From a virus: 64,000 nucleotides of DNA. The DNA is taken from IMG/VR virus record IMGVR_UViG_3300045988_165521. One strand, written 5' to 3'. The notes under the pieces were generated by a model. That model saw nothing but the letters and a program-made list of their open reading frames with translations. It did no database searches and was not told where the DNA came from. Made by a program: the position numbers and the translations under genes. This document shows, one piece after another, positions 50,422 to 59,712 of the stretch (its first letter is position 1; every line of letters starts with the position of its first letter).

Positions 50422-52368
50422 ATGTCATTTACTGACTGGTTTGGGCGTAAAGGTAAGAATTATACATCTACTTATAAAGGATCTACTCGTTTAGGGTGGG
50501 ATACTAAAGTAAGTGGATCGTATTCTTCTTTCTTTGCACCTGATTTAAACAAAAGAAAGCTTTTAAGAGATTCCTATCGTCACGCATGTGATATTAGGGA
50601 TATTATGGATATTCCAAGAAATATTCGAATACAGTTAAATGTAGACACAGAAACTTCATGTACAGATGGAAAAACAGTTATTGTTTCTACTAAAGTATAT
50701 GATGATAATAAAATCGATAATAATGTTAAATTAGATGTATTCTTAGGTACAACTATTCATGAATTTTCTCACATATTATATACAGATATGGCAGAAATTC
50801 GTAAAAATAGACCTAATAAGTTCCTTTTTAATCTGTTCAATACTATTGAAGATGAACGAATTGAATACAATACTACACAAAATTATCCTGGGTATGCTAA
50901 TTTTATTGGGCAAGCAAAATATTATTATTTTGATTTGTTATATAAAAAAGCTGAAAAACAGGATGATTTAATGGATGTATTACAAAACATTTTATATATT
51001 GTAAGATATCCTGCAAGAGTAGATACTAAGGTTATTTATCGACATCAGGTTTTGTTTGATAAAATTAAGAAAGTTCTTTGTGACTTTGGAAATAATTCTA
51101 AAGAAGCTTATGATAAAGCAGAAAAAATTTATAAGCTATTACTAGATTACTTTAAGTTCCCACCTCCTCCGCCTGAAGAACAACAAGAAGGAGATGAAGA
51201 ACAAGATCAATCTGATTCTAGTGAAGGACAGTCTGATTCAGGTGAAGGCCAAGAAGGATCAGACGGAAGTTCTGACCCTCAAAATTCTAAACAGTCTTCT
51301 CAAAAACAAGATTCTAAAGATAATGAAGGATCAGATAAGAATAGTAAAACACAAAGTTCTCCCAAAAGTGGTTCTGATGAGGGATCTGCGGGCAAAAAGA
51401 AACAAGAACCTATTAAAGCATATACTCAAGAAGAAATAAAACAGGCAGCTGAGAAATTAGCTGAACAAATGCGACGTTTAATTACTTCTAATACTTCTTT
51501 AAATAGTAATGAAATTAAAGATGAGTGGGATTCTAAAGAAATTGCTGATGAGTGTAAGCAAATAAAAGATGATGTTTTTATTGTAAAACAAGAAGATTAC
51601 GAAAGACGTTATAAAGCGGATTTTGATACAGTAAAACAACATATTAATGGTTTAGTTAATACTTTTAGCAAATTCTTTGTTGAACAGGAATATCGTTTAA
51701 CAGGAATGCGAAGAGGTGTGCTAGATACTAATAAATTAGCTGAAGCTTATCAAGCAGTAGAAACTGTCTATTCAAATAAGTTTAAACGTACTACTCCTGG
51801 TTTAGATGTTTGTGTATTGATTGATGAGAGTGGCTCTATGAGCGGAACTAATATCGCATCTGCAAGAAAATGTGCAATATTACTTAATGAGGTATTTTTA
51901 CGTTTAAAGCAATGTGACTTTTATGTTTATGGTCATACTGCAGATAATCGACATATGGGAGAAGTTACTATTAATGTATATCGTGATCACTGGAATAGGA
52001 ACCGTTATGCTTTAGGTAAAGTTGAAAGTTATTCTAATAACAAAGACTCTGTTGCTATTGAAGAGACATATAAAATGGTTAGAAAGCAAACTTCGAAACC
52101 ACTTTTAATGTTTGTAATTTCTGATGGAGCACCTAATGCATATGGTTTAAGAGGACAACCTGCTGTAGAGGAAGTTAAAAAGGTAGTAAATAGAATTGAA
52201 TCAAATGGAGATACTCTAGTTTGTCAAATTGCTATTGAAAGCCACTTCCGACCTCAGGATATGTTTAATCATTATGTTGTCATGACAGATATGAATACTT
52301 TTCCAAGTGACTTATCTGGATACGTTATGAATACGTTAATATCTAAACTTAAAAGAGTAGATGTTTAA
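50422..52368 (+). CDS. vWA-domain (CobT-like) protein with an HExxH motif and an acidic/Ser-rich linker
   Basis: The MIDAS motif is VCVLIDESGSMSG and the HExxH motif is TIHEFSHILY. There is a low-complexity PPPPPEEQQEGDEEQDQSDSSEG... linker. Confidence 0.8.
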   Translation: MSFTDWFGRKGKNYTSTYKGSTRLGWDTKVSGSYSSFFAPDLNKRKLLRDSYRHACDIRDIMDIPRNIRIQLNVDTETSCTDGKTVIVSTKVYDDNKIDNNVKLDVFLGTTIHEFSHILYTDMAEIRKNRPNKFLFNLFNTIEDERIEYNTTQNYPGYANFIGQAKYYYFDLLYKKAEKQDDLMDVLQNILYIVRYPARVDTKVIYRHQVLFDKIKKVLCDFGNNSKEAYDKAEKIYKLLLDYFKFPPPPPEEQQEGDEEQDQSDSSEGQSDSGEGQEGSDGSSDPQNSKQSSQKQDSKDNEGSDKNSKTQSSPKSGSDEGSAGKKKQEPIKAYTQEEIKQAAEKLAEQMRRLITSNTSLNSNEIKDEWDSKEIADECKQIKDDVFIVKQEDYERRYKADFDTVKQHINGLVNTFSKFFVEQEYRLTGMRRGVLDTNKLAEAYQAVETVYSNKFKRTTPGLDVCVLIDESGSMSGTNIASARKCAILLNEVFLRLKQCDFYVYGHTADNRHMGEVTINVYRDHWNRNRYALGKVESYSNNKDSVAIEETYKMVRKQTSKPLLMFVISDGAPNAYGLRGQPAVEEVKKVVNRIESNGDTLVCQIAIESHFRPQDMFNHYVVMTDMNTFPSDLSGYVMNTLISKLKRVDV

Positions 52369-52424
52369 TTTGTATATTTTCAGATTTTTTACTACCTTTG
52401 CTGTATAACTAAAGGTAGTAAAAT

Positions 52425-52862
52425 GCGAGCTTAGTGTAATGGTAGCACAGCGGTCTTCGAATTGGAGCACGCTTGGCGTGAAAATTGTGGCAAATTCGGT
52501 AAAAGCGAAATAAGATGATAAAAATCATGCGAATCAGCTTTCTAAGAAAGTCTAAGGTCCCGAAATATGGATAGCTGATAATACCGAGCTAAATTAGAGT
52601 AAAATACAGTAGAGAACATAGGCTGTCTATGCCGTGTAAAATAGGCGGAGTGCTTAGTAGGTCGAAAATTAAAGCCGTACACTTCTCTATGTATCCTACT
52701 TTACTCTATAAATGTGTAGAGACTAAATGCCACACTTGTATATCAAGCTGATATAGTCCAGACCACAAACAGTAAAACTGGTAGTGAAAACTATAGTGGT
52801 AAGCAAAACCGTATTGTAGGGCTCCAAACCCTACGGTCTCTGTTCGAATCGGAGAGCTCGTG
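52425..52862 (+). tRNA. intron-containing tRNA with anticodon TCA (TGA decoder, Trp-like) plus an extra CCA-looped arm
   Basis: The exons 52425-52457 and 52804-52862 give acceptor GCGAGCT/AGCTCGT (G1-U72), G73 and D arm GTGT-AATGGTA-GCAC. The anticodon arm is GCGGT-CTT|CAAA-ACCGT, the variable region is ATT-GTAGGG-CTCCAAA-CCCTAC-GGT, and the T arm is CTCTG-TTCGAAT-CGGAG. Confidence 0.8.
52458..52803 (+). ncRNA. group I intron (ORF-less, IC3-like) in the anticodon loop
   Basis: P1 pairs CTTC (52455-58) with GGAG (52464-67), with U52457-G52465 at the 5' splice site. The core strings TAGAGACTA (52717-25) and GATATAGTCC (52750-59) can form P7. A terminal G is at 52803. Confidence 0.75.
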
Positions 52863-52876
52863 CTAATAAGTTGATT

Positions 52877-53446
52877 ATGAGTAAGTTAAAGGAACAAATT
52901 CTTATTTTAAGAAGTGATAATAAAAGTTATAATGAAATTGCTAAGATACTTGGATGTAGCAAAAGTATTGTTGGATATTATTGTAATGATATAACTAATA
53001 GTAAACAACGAAAATCTACTTCATTATGACGTAATACACTTAAGGGGAGAATTAAATCTAGACTATGTACTTTTTGTGCTAGAATCTCTCATGGAGGTAG
53101 AAGAATCTCTAATAGAACATGACGTAAACGTTTAAGGAGATATATTGAACATTTTCAAAATAGAGGAACGAAGAGTTTAAATAAAATTAAGACTTTAGAT
53201 ATTATTAATAAATTTGGTACAAAAACAAAGTGCTATTTAACAGGTACTCCTATAGATTTAGAAAAAGATAATTATTGTTTTGATCATATAGTTCCTGTTT
53301 CTAAAGGTGGAACAAATGATTTGTCAAATTTAGGTATTACAATTCCTATTGCTAATTATTCTAAATCTGATTTAACAGTAGAAGAATATTTAGAATTATG
53401 TAAGAAAGTACTTGAACATTATGGTTATACCGTTAATAAGATATAA
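52877..53446 (+). mobile_element. HNH homing-endonuclease-like gene, copy 3 (189 aa, two in-frame TGA)
   Basis: Contains MSKLKEQILILRSDNKSYNEIAKILGC...STSL[W]RNT...NRT[W]RKR...CFDHIVPVSKGGTNDLSNLGITIPIANYSK. It starts 15 nt after the intron-containing tRNA. Confidence 0.75.
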
Positions 53447-53448
53447 CA

Positions 53449-53613
53449 ATGCAACATAGTCCTTATAAGATAAAGTATGAGCAATATTTTGTAATGTATT
53501 CTGATAGATTAAAAAGAAGGTATTATCAAGGAAAGCCTTGGGCAGAAGCAGGCTCTTATACAGTTTGAAATCTTCATTATATTAATAAAACTTATCGAAT
53601 TGTTATACAATAG
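53449..53613 (+). CDS. small YRI-tail protein (54 aa) with one in-frame TGA
   Basis: Translation is MQHSPYKIKYEQYFVMYSDRLKRRYYQGKPWAEAGSYTV[W]NLHYINKTYRIVIQ, followed by a terminator. Confidence 0.4.
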
Positions 53614-53645
53614 GCATCTAGAGTAATCTAGGTGCCTTTATTTTT
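53612..53645 (+). terminator. rho-independent terminator
   Basis: Hairpin AGGCATCTAG-agtaat-CTAGGTGCCT followed by TTTATTTTT. Confidence 0.75.
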
Positions 53646-53745
53646 AAAACGAAGAATATTATGGTAATTGGAGTATTAATTTTAGGAACATTAGTTGCTT
53701 TGGATAGTTTGGCAATTATAGAATATTTTATAGATAAAAAGTAAA

Positions 53746-54351
53746 ATGAAATCAATTTTAATAAAAATTGGGATATTAGCTGTTTTAGGTTTAACAATAT
53801 TTTTCATGGGACAAAGAATTCATGATTTAAATATTGCATTAGATAATTCAGTTAATAACGAAAAGGCTTATGCTGCAGAAAATTCTGGTTTAAAAGAAAG
53901 TAATCGAGTATTTAAATTAACTATTGAACAATTAGATTATTATAATGATTCACTTATGTTAGCTATGAAAAAAATAGCTAATGATAATGGTATTAAAGAT
54001 AAAAAAATTAAGTCTTTACAGTATCAATTAGAACATTATTCTAAAAGAGATACTTTAATTCTTAGAGATACTGTATTTAAAGATCCTAATTTTGTTCTTG
54101 ATACATGTATTATTGATCGTTGGAATAAGAGCTGTTTACACTTACAATATCCTGGTACAATTGCTCTAAGTAATGAGTATGAAAATGAAAAGTTTATTAC
54201 TTTAAGTTCTCATCGAGAACCTATTAAACCTCGTAAATGGTTTTTACCTAGATGGTTTACTAAGAAACAAACTGTAGTAGAGGTTTTAGTAGTTGATGAA
54301 AACCCTTATGTTAAAACAAAACAACAAAGATTTGTTGAAATTATAGACTAA
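53746..54351 (+). CDS. membrane-anchored hypothetical protein (201 aa)
   Basis: ORF-track ORF with an N-terminal TM followed by a coiled-coil-like segment. Confidence 0.6.
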   Translation: MKSILIKIGILAVLGLTIFFMGQRIHDLNIALDNSVNNEKAYAAENSGLKESNRVFKLTIEQLDYYNDSLMLAMKKIANDNGIKDKKIKSLQYQLEHYSKRDTLILRDTVFKDPNFVLDTCIIDRWNKSCLHLQYPGTIALSNEYENEKFITLSSHREPIKPRKWFLPRWFTKKQTVVEVLVVDENPYVKTKQQRFVEIID

Positions 54352-54352
54352 T

Positions 54353-54661
54353 ATGAAAGCTGCACTTCCAAGAGATGTTTCTTTAAATATATTATTTGTA
54401 ATAGATATCTGTAAATTAACTTTAGAAGAAAAAGGTAAACTCCAGGAAGATTTATTTGGAGTAGGAGCTTATTGGAGTAATAGTCAGAGAGTTATTATTG
54501 AAGAGGGCACGGATAATTCAGTTGGATATTATTTTATATATCCTAATCGAAGAATAACTTATTTACAAAAAGATCATAATATTTTTGATTTTACCTTTGA
54601 TCGTATTGTAGATAAAGATACTGCGCTAAATCTTTTAAGATATAGAATTTTTCTAAAGTAA
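54353..54661 (+). CDS. YRI-tail family protein (tail LLRYRIFLK)
   Basis: ORF-track ORF. Confidence 0.55.
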   Translation: MKAALPRDVSLNILFVIDICKLTLEEKGKLQEDLFGVGAYWSNSQRVIIEEGTDNSVGYYFIYPNRRITYLQKDHNIFDFTFDRIVDKDTALNLLRYRIFLK

Positions 54662-54825
54662 TGAAAAAGAAAGCTATTGCATTAATAGATTATATTGATG
54701 ATGATGGAATGATTGCATTTCAAGTTAATCAAAGAGTTAATATAATTGAATTTACAGATAATTGTCTAGTTAAAACTAAGTATGGTTATATAAAAATCTC
54801 TAAAGAATATTTAAAAATATTATAA
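54661..54825 (+). CDS. small hypothetical protein (54 aa, below cutoff)
   Basis: Translation is MKKKAIALIDYIDDDGMIAFQVNQRVNIIEFTDNCLVKTKYGYIKISKEYLKIL, with a TAATG overlap. Confidence 0.4.
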   Translation: MKKKAIALIDYIDDDGMIAFQVNQRVNIIEFTDNCLVKTKYGYIKISKEYLKIL

Positions 54826-54826
54826 A

Positions 54827-55114
54827 ATGTCTGAAAAATCTCTTTCAATTAAAATTCGAAGAGCTAGAAAAGAGCTAAGAATAATGCAAGGTGAAGCTAC
54901 TAATATTTATTCTTATCTTACTGTAATAAAGAATATTGATAAAAATAATCATATGGCTCGCAATATATATGTAAGTTTAATAGCTGACAATTTAGAGCAA
55001 TACTCAGTTAAAAGTATTACTGAACTAGAAAAACTTATTCGAAAACAGAAAAGTAAAATACGTAAATATGATCAAAGAATATGCAAATTACGGTCAACAC
55101 AAAATATGAAATAG
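54827..55114 (+). CDS. hypothetical protein (95 aa)
   Basis: ORF-track ORF. Confidence 0.5.
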   Translation: MSEKSLSIKIRRARKELRIMQGEATNIYSYLTVIKNIDKNNHMARNIYVSLIADNLEQYSVKSITELEKLIRKQKSKIRKYDQRICKLRSTQNMK

Positions 55115-55341
55115 GACAGCAGGTATATCTTTGTAAAACAAAGTTAAAATTTAAAGATGGAGATTTTGTAAACGCAAGTGTACCTAATTTGAATCCTTTT
55201 ACTGTAACTTCTATTCGGATTCATCAACATCCTAATTCTCAGAGTATTTATTATCGCTTAGATGGCTTACAAAAATCTATTCGAGAAGATCAGATTTTTG
55301 AATCTATTGAAGCAGCTAAAAAATTTTGTCATGAGCAATAG
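55081..55341 (+). CDS. hypothetical protein (86 aa)
   Basis: ORF-track ORF. Confidence 0.5.
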   Translation: MQITVNTKYEIGQQVYLCKTKLKFKDGDFVNASVPNLNPFTVTSIRIHQHPNSQSIYYRLDGLQKSIREDQIFESIEAAKKFCHEQ

Positions 55342-55840
55342 TTTTAATCATCAATCTTTTTTAAAAGCAGGAGCTGAAAAAGAACAAGAATTTGCTAATT
55401 TATTAGTTCTTAGGAATGGTGGGGTCATTTCACATTCTGATAGAAGTACAGATATTAAAGATCATATAGATCTTTTCTGAACTAAAGACAATAAAACATT
55501 TTCTTTTGATGTTAAGGGCTTAAAAAAGAGTAATTGATCAGATATTAATACCGATAGTAGTATTCATTGGATTGAAATTAGTAATGTAAGAGGAAATCCA
55601 GGCTGGTTATACGGAAAAGCAGATTATATTGCTTTTGAGACAGATAAAGAATGGCTTTTAGTAAAAAGACGTAAGTTAATTGATTTAATCAATTCGAAAG
55701 TAACAGATACTGCAGTTAAAAATACTAAAGAATTATATACTTACTATCAAAGATATGGTAAAAAAGATATAATTGTTAAGGTTTTAACTAAAGATTTAGC
55801 TGAAATAGCTTCAAAAACTATTAGTAAATGAGAAAATTAA
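55331..55840 (+). CDS. PD-(D/E)xK nuclease-like protein, translated with TGA=Trp
   Basis: The frame from ATG 55331 is broken only by TGA. DHIDLF[W]...SFDVKGLKKSN[W] gives a D...(D/E)xK pattern. The final TGA (55829-31) overlaps the mgsA ATG, so the end is either 55831 or 55840. Confidence 0.5.
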
Positions 55841-56313
55841 ATATAGCATTAGTTGCACACGATGCTAGAAAACAAGAATTAGTAGACTGGGTTAAGTTCA
55901 ATAAACAAGTTTTATTTCCACATCATTTAATAGCTACTGGAACTACCGCAAAGTTACTAAGTGAGATTAATATTGATGAGATCAGTCCAGACTGGCCAGG
56001 TAAAGGAGATTATTATAATACTTATTTAGCTGTAACTCCTGTTCTTTCAGGACCACTTGGAGGAGATCAAATGATAGGAGCTATGATTGCTCAAGGACAA
56101 ATTGATGTATTAATTTTCTTTTGTGATAATCTTATTACTCAAGGGCATCAAACTGATATATCTGCATTAACTCGTTTAGCATCATTATACAATATTGCTT
56201 TTGCAACAAATAGAACTACTGCGGACATGATTCTTACATCCTCATTATTTGGAAATGAAGATTATGTTCCTATTAAACAAGATTTTAGTTCTTATTTAAA
56301 TAGAAAATTATAG
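55828..56313 (+). CDS. mgsA: methylglyoxal synthase
   Basis: IALVAHDARKQELVDWV...IATGTTAKLL...LSGPLGGDQMIGAMIAQGQIDVLIFFCD...ALTRLASLYNIAFATNRTTADMIL aligns motif by motif with E. coli MgsA. Confidence 0.85.
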   Translation: MRKLNIALVAHDARKQELVDWVKFNKQVLFPHHLIATGTTAKLLSEINIDEISPDWPGKGDYYNTYLAVTPVLSGPLGGDQMIGAMIAQGQIDVLIFFCDNLITQGHQTDISALTRLASLYNIAFATNRTTADMILTSSLFGNEDYVPIKQDFSSYLNRKL

Positions 56314-56334
56314 ATAATTTAAAAATAAGAAGAT

Positions 56335-56733
56335 ATGAGTAAAGTAGTTAAATTTTATTACACTAGACCTCTTTCCTTTCTTGAAGTAGCAATTGTGCCA
56401 ATTCGAGAAACTGTAGCAGTACCTCAGCAAAAAACTCGTATGAGTGAGCGATATACAATTGCTGCAATATACGATGAGGAAGCTAAAACTATTAAGTTTG
56501 GTCTTGCAACATGTGTTCCTGCCGATCCTTTTGTTAAAAAGATTGGTCGAGAAATTGCTGAAAAGAGAGCAGAAACTGAACCTTTCTTTGAAGTAAAAGA
56601 TTTTGATGGAACTTTTGCAGATTTTAGGCGTTTGGTTATAGAGGTTGGTACTAATAAAGAAGAGGAATTACTTTATCGGAAGTATAACCGTTATATGCAG
56701 GCTGCTGATGAAAATCCTAGATCTAGCATTTAA
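56335..56733 (+). CDS. hypothetical protein (132 aa)
   Basis: ORF-track ORF followed by the hairpin AAAGGG-aaggtaa-CCCTTT. Confidence 0.6.
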   Translation: MSKVVKFYYTRPLSFLEVAIVPIRETVAVPQQKTRMSERYTIAAIYDEEAKTIKFGLATCVPADPFVKKIGREIAEKRAETEPFFEVKDFDGTFADFRRLVIEVGTNKEEELLYRKYNRYMQAADENPRSSI

Positions 56734-56870
56734 AGGGAAGGTAACCCTTTCTTTGGAAAAAGAACAAGACTTCTTAAAAGATTTCGAAGACTTACTAGCT
56801 AAATACGATGCCTATTTTGATGGCACAATTAGGTCTTATGAATTTGACGATTGTGAAATTATAGAAGAAA

Positions 56871-57212
56871 TTGAAGAAGTGAGAAGTTAATATTCCAATT
56901 TTTGATAAAGATATTTTAGTTATTCAGGATGAAGATATAAGTAAGATCACATCTTATTTAGAAGATATGTATTCTGTGCATCTTGAGTACCAATCTAATC
57001 TAACAGATGGTATTACTTGTATACTACCTAACGGATTAATTGTTATTGGATTAACCAATAACGATCCATATATTGCTTTACATGAATGTACTCATGCTGT
57101 ATTTGCTTTAAAAGAGATAATAGGATGATCAGATAACGATGAAGAAGTATTTTGTTATACTTTAGAATGAGTCTATAAGCATGTAACAAAGTATATAAAT
57201 TCTCATGATTAG
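56871..57212 (+). CDS. HExxH-motif protein, TGA=Trp; start uncertain
   Basis: The frame contains ...PYIALHECTHAVFALKEIIG[W]SDNDEEVFCYTLE[W]VYKHVTKYINSHD. There is no ATG before 56963 (TTG at 56871). Its end overlaps the rnhA start. Confidence 0.4.
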
Positions 57213-57645
57213 AGTATATACAGATGGTAGTTATAAACCAACATTAAATCAAGGTGGATATTCTTCAGTTATAACTGAAGATGGAAAAGTAATTAAAATT
57301 CTTTATCAAGGTTTTAAAAATACTACTAATAATAGACAAGAACTAAAAGGAGTTTTAGAAGCCTTAAAGTATTTTAAAACTCCTCAAGTTCTTGAAATTT
57401 ATTCTGATTCAAGCTATGTAGTTAGTAGTATAAATAATGGCCATGTGGCTAGATGAATCGAAGAAAAAGACGATTCAAAGAAAAATATGGATTTATGAAC
57501 TGAAATCTACAAGTTAATTCAGTTTCATAAAGTTACATTTGTCTGAGTAAAAGGACATAATAACAATGAATTTAATGAACTTGCAGATTTATATGCACAA
57601 CATGCTGCAGAATGTTTAGAATTAACAGAAGATGAAAAGTTTTAA
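57205..57645 (+). CDS. rnhA: ribonuclease HI, three in-frame TGA codons at conserved Trp positions
   Basis: Translation runs MIRVYTDGS...TTNNRQELKGVLEAL...IYSDSSYVV...HVAR[W]IEE...NMDL[W]TEI...VTFV[W]VKGHNNNEFNELADLYA. The bracketed TGAs align with the Q-W-I, D-L-W and W-V-K-G-H Trp residues of E. coli RNase HI. Confidence 0.9.
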
Positions 57646-57991
57646 ATTAAGAAAAATTGGAAATCATTGGTATCCTTGTATTGATCATGAACTTGGAGAT
57701 CCTATTAATCTTACTGAAAAAGTTGACCGATATTTAAATATATTAGATCTCTCTAAATCAGGAGAAATTACAGTAGAACTAGAAGAATTAGGAATTTTAT
57801 TTGGAGGTATAAATATTATCTATTTTAACGAAGAGGATATTGTTCGATATTTGACTACTGATGATAATTTTGATATTCGTTTTGTTGTAAACGAACATGA
57901 GTTTCTTATATCTTCTGATGTTTATTGGTTATTGGAAAATCAATTTAATTTTAATTTTCATAAGACTAGTTATAAAATTCATATTTATTAG
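57632..57991 (+). CDS. hypothetical protein (119 aa)
   Basis: ORF-track ORF. Confidence 0.55.
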   Translation: MKSFKLRKIGNHWYPCIDHELGDPINLTEKVDRYLNILDLSKSGEITVELEELGILFGGINIIYFNEEDIVRYLTTDDNFDIRFVVNEHEFLISSDVYWLLENQFNFNFHKTSYKIHIY

Positions 57992-58030
57992 AGATAGCAG
58001 AAATGCTTTGTATTTTTAACCATTATAATT

Positions 58031-58606
58031 ATGGTAGTTAAAGAAACTGCAAAAGATCCTACTGGACCTAAAGATATTAGTAGGAGAGAATGTACATTAA
58101 GTAAAGAAATTCAAGAGTTATTACTTCGACAGCTTAAACATGAATTACAAAATCATAATATATACATGAATTTTGCTAATTATTTTGGAGTTCGTGGATT
58201 TGTAGTTCTCGAAGAGTATTTTAAATTAAGAGCCGATGAAGAATATTTGCATCATAGTTGGATTCGTAAGTATTTAAATGAAAATGATGCAGAATATATT
58301 TATCCTACTATTGATCAATTTGATAAAAAGATAGTGGATATGGTTGATCCATTCAAGATGACTGTTGATCTTGAAATTGAAACTACTCAAATGATCTATG
58401 AAATAGTTGATCAAGCTGCTGCTGAATGTGATTGGGCAACGTTTAACTGGCTTAATGGTCATGATCCTGTAACAGGTATGCTTGTAAATGAGCAAGTTGA
58501 GGAAGAATCTATTAGTCGTACAGCTTTAGATATTGCAGAATCAGAAGGTTCTTGGCTTCGGAAAGAGAAGTCTATTATGAACGCTTATAAAGGCGATACT
58601 GATTAA
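58031..58606 (+). CDS. ferritin-like protein
   Basis: LKHELQNHNIYMNFANYF...LRADEEYLHHSWIRKYL...DLEIETTQMIYEIVDQA follows the spacing of ferritin-like di-iron ligands (E, ExxH, E). Confidence 0.6.
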   Translation: MVVKETAKDPTGPKDISRRECTLSKEIQELLLRQLKHELQNHNIYMNFANYFGVRGFVVLEEYFKLRADEEYLHHSWIRKYLNENDAEYIYPTIDQFDKKIVDMVDPFKMTVDLEIETTQMIYEIVDQAAAECDWATFNWLNGHDPVTGMLVNEQVEEESISRTALDIAESEGSWLRKEKSIMNAYKGDTD

Positions 58607-58617
58607 TAGTTAAATCT

Positions 58618-59418
58618 ATGTTAATTCAACTTCCAGATACAATTAAAGACTTATACTTTGTTGGCGATGTTCATGCTGGATGAAATATAGTTACTTATTA
58701 TATTCGACAATACAAAATTAAGGACTCTGTTTTTATTTTTTGTGGAGATGTTGGTATTGGATTTGAAAGTCTAATGCATTATGCTAATTGTGTAGTTCCT
58801 CAACTTCATAAGACATTAAAGAAATTTAATGACATATTTATTTGGGTTAGAGGTAATCATGATGATCCATCCTATTTTGAACAAAGGCTAATTGATACTA
58901 AATACGTAAAATGTGTTTCAGATTATGATATTATTAATGTTTGTAATTTAAACGTTTTATGTATAGGTGGAGGTATTAGTATTGATAGACAGTTTCGTAT
59001 GCAAAATGATAGTGTTAGTATAGTTAGATATATGAAATATCATAATTGTGACTATCAAACTGCAGAACTGAGTTGTCTTAAATCATATTGGCCTGATGAG
59101 CCAGTAATATATCGTCCAAAAGTAGAAGAACACATTGATATTATTTGTAGTCATTCCGCTCCTTCTTTTTGTTATCCAAATGATAAAGGAGGAATTGTAA
59201 AAGACTTTGCAGCATACGATTCTGAGTTATTAAATGATATTGACAATGAGCGAGCTGTATTAGATCGAGTATATGAGGATTATAAGAATGAAGTAACACA
59301 TTGGTATTATGGTCATTTTCATAAAAACCAAATGCAGACTATTAATAATACAATGTTTAAACTTTTAAATATTGGCGAAATTGTTCGACACTACTCAGAC
59401 AATAACAATACATTGTAA
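58618..59418 (+). CDS. calcineurin-like metallophosphoesterase, one in-frame TGA
   Basis: Contains LYFVGDVHAG[W]N, FCGDVGIG and VRGNHDD in the canonical order. The track only found 58774..59418. Confidence 0.8.
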
Positions 59419-59710
59419 GATAGTTGCTATTGAAGATGGTCAGTATACAGCTATTGTAGTAGAAGATCTGAATCGAATAGAAACAGATGATCTTAAATAT
59501 GTTACTGTTGTTAAATGTCCAAACTGAGATATTTCTACTTTTGAAATTGGAGATATAGGTTATCTTCAATTTCAATATGTAGAAGGAGGAAAGACACAAT
59601 GATACAACAAAGATTCAAAAGATTTTGAAATTTATAAATATACAAATAATTATTTTATAAGTTTTATTAAAGAAAAAGATATATGTAATCAAAAAGAATT
59701 TAATTTTTAA
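59372..59710 (+). CDS. hypothetical protein, TGA=Trp, non-ATG start likely
   Basis: The open frame ...KIVAIEDGQYTAIVVEDLNRIETDDLKYVTVVKCPN[W]DISTFEIGDIGYLQFQYVEGGKTQ[W]YNKDSKDFEIYKYTNNYFISFIKEKD... has no in-frame ATG. TTG codons are at 59372 and 59381. Confidence 0.35.
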
Positions 59711-59712
59711 AT

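Noticed and set aside
50759-51439. Internal ORFs 50759..50971 and 51194..51439 inside the vWA gene. The same applies to 44569..45012 (-), 47374..47577, 47574..47798 (-), 61320..61799 (-), 60015..60314 (-) and 58274..58495 (-).
   Set aside because: They are out-of-frame or antisense to longer motif-bearing genes. Their peptides are low-complexity (Lys/Ile/Leu-rich), as expected from AT-rich DNA.
52425-52862. Interpreting the UCA tRNA with a long extra arm as tRNA-Sec.
   Set aside because: The acceptor/T stems are 7/5 bp and the D stem is 4 bp, not the 8/5 with 6-bp D stem of bacterial tRNA-Sec. No selA, selB or SECIS context is present. The TGA positions align with Trp in RNase HI.
56645-56890. 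ORF 56645..56890 as an independent gene.
   Set aside because: Its first 89 nt overlap 56335..56733 and run through that gene's terminator-like hairpin. No ATG exists after the hairpin. A short TTG-initiated gene (about 56753-56890) is possible but unsupported.
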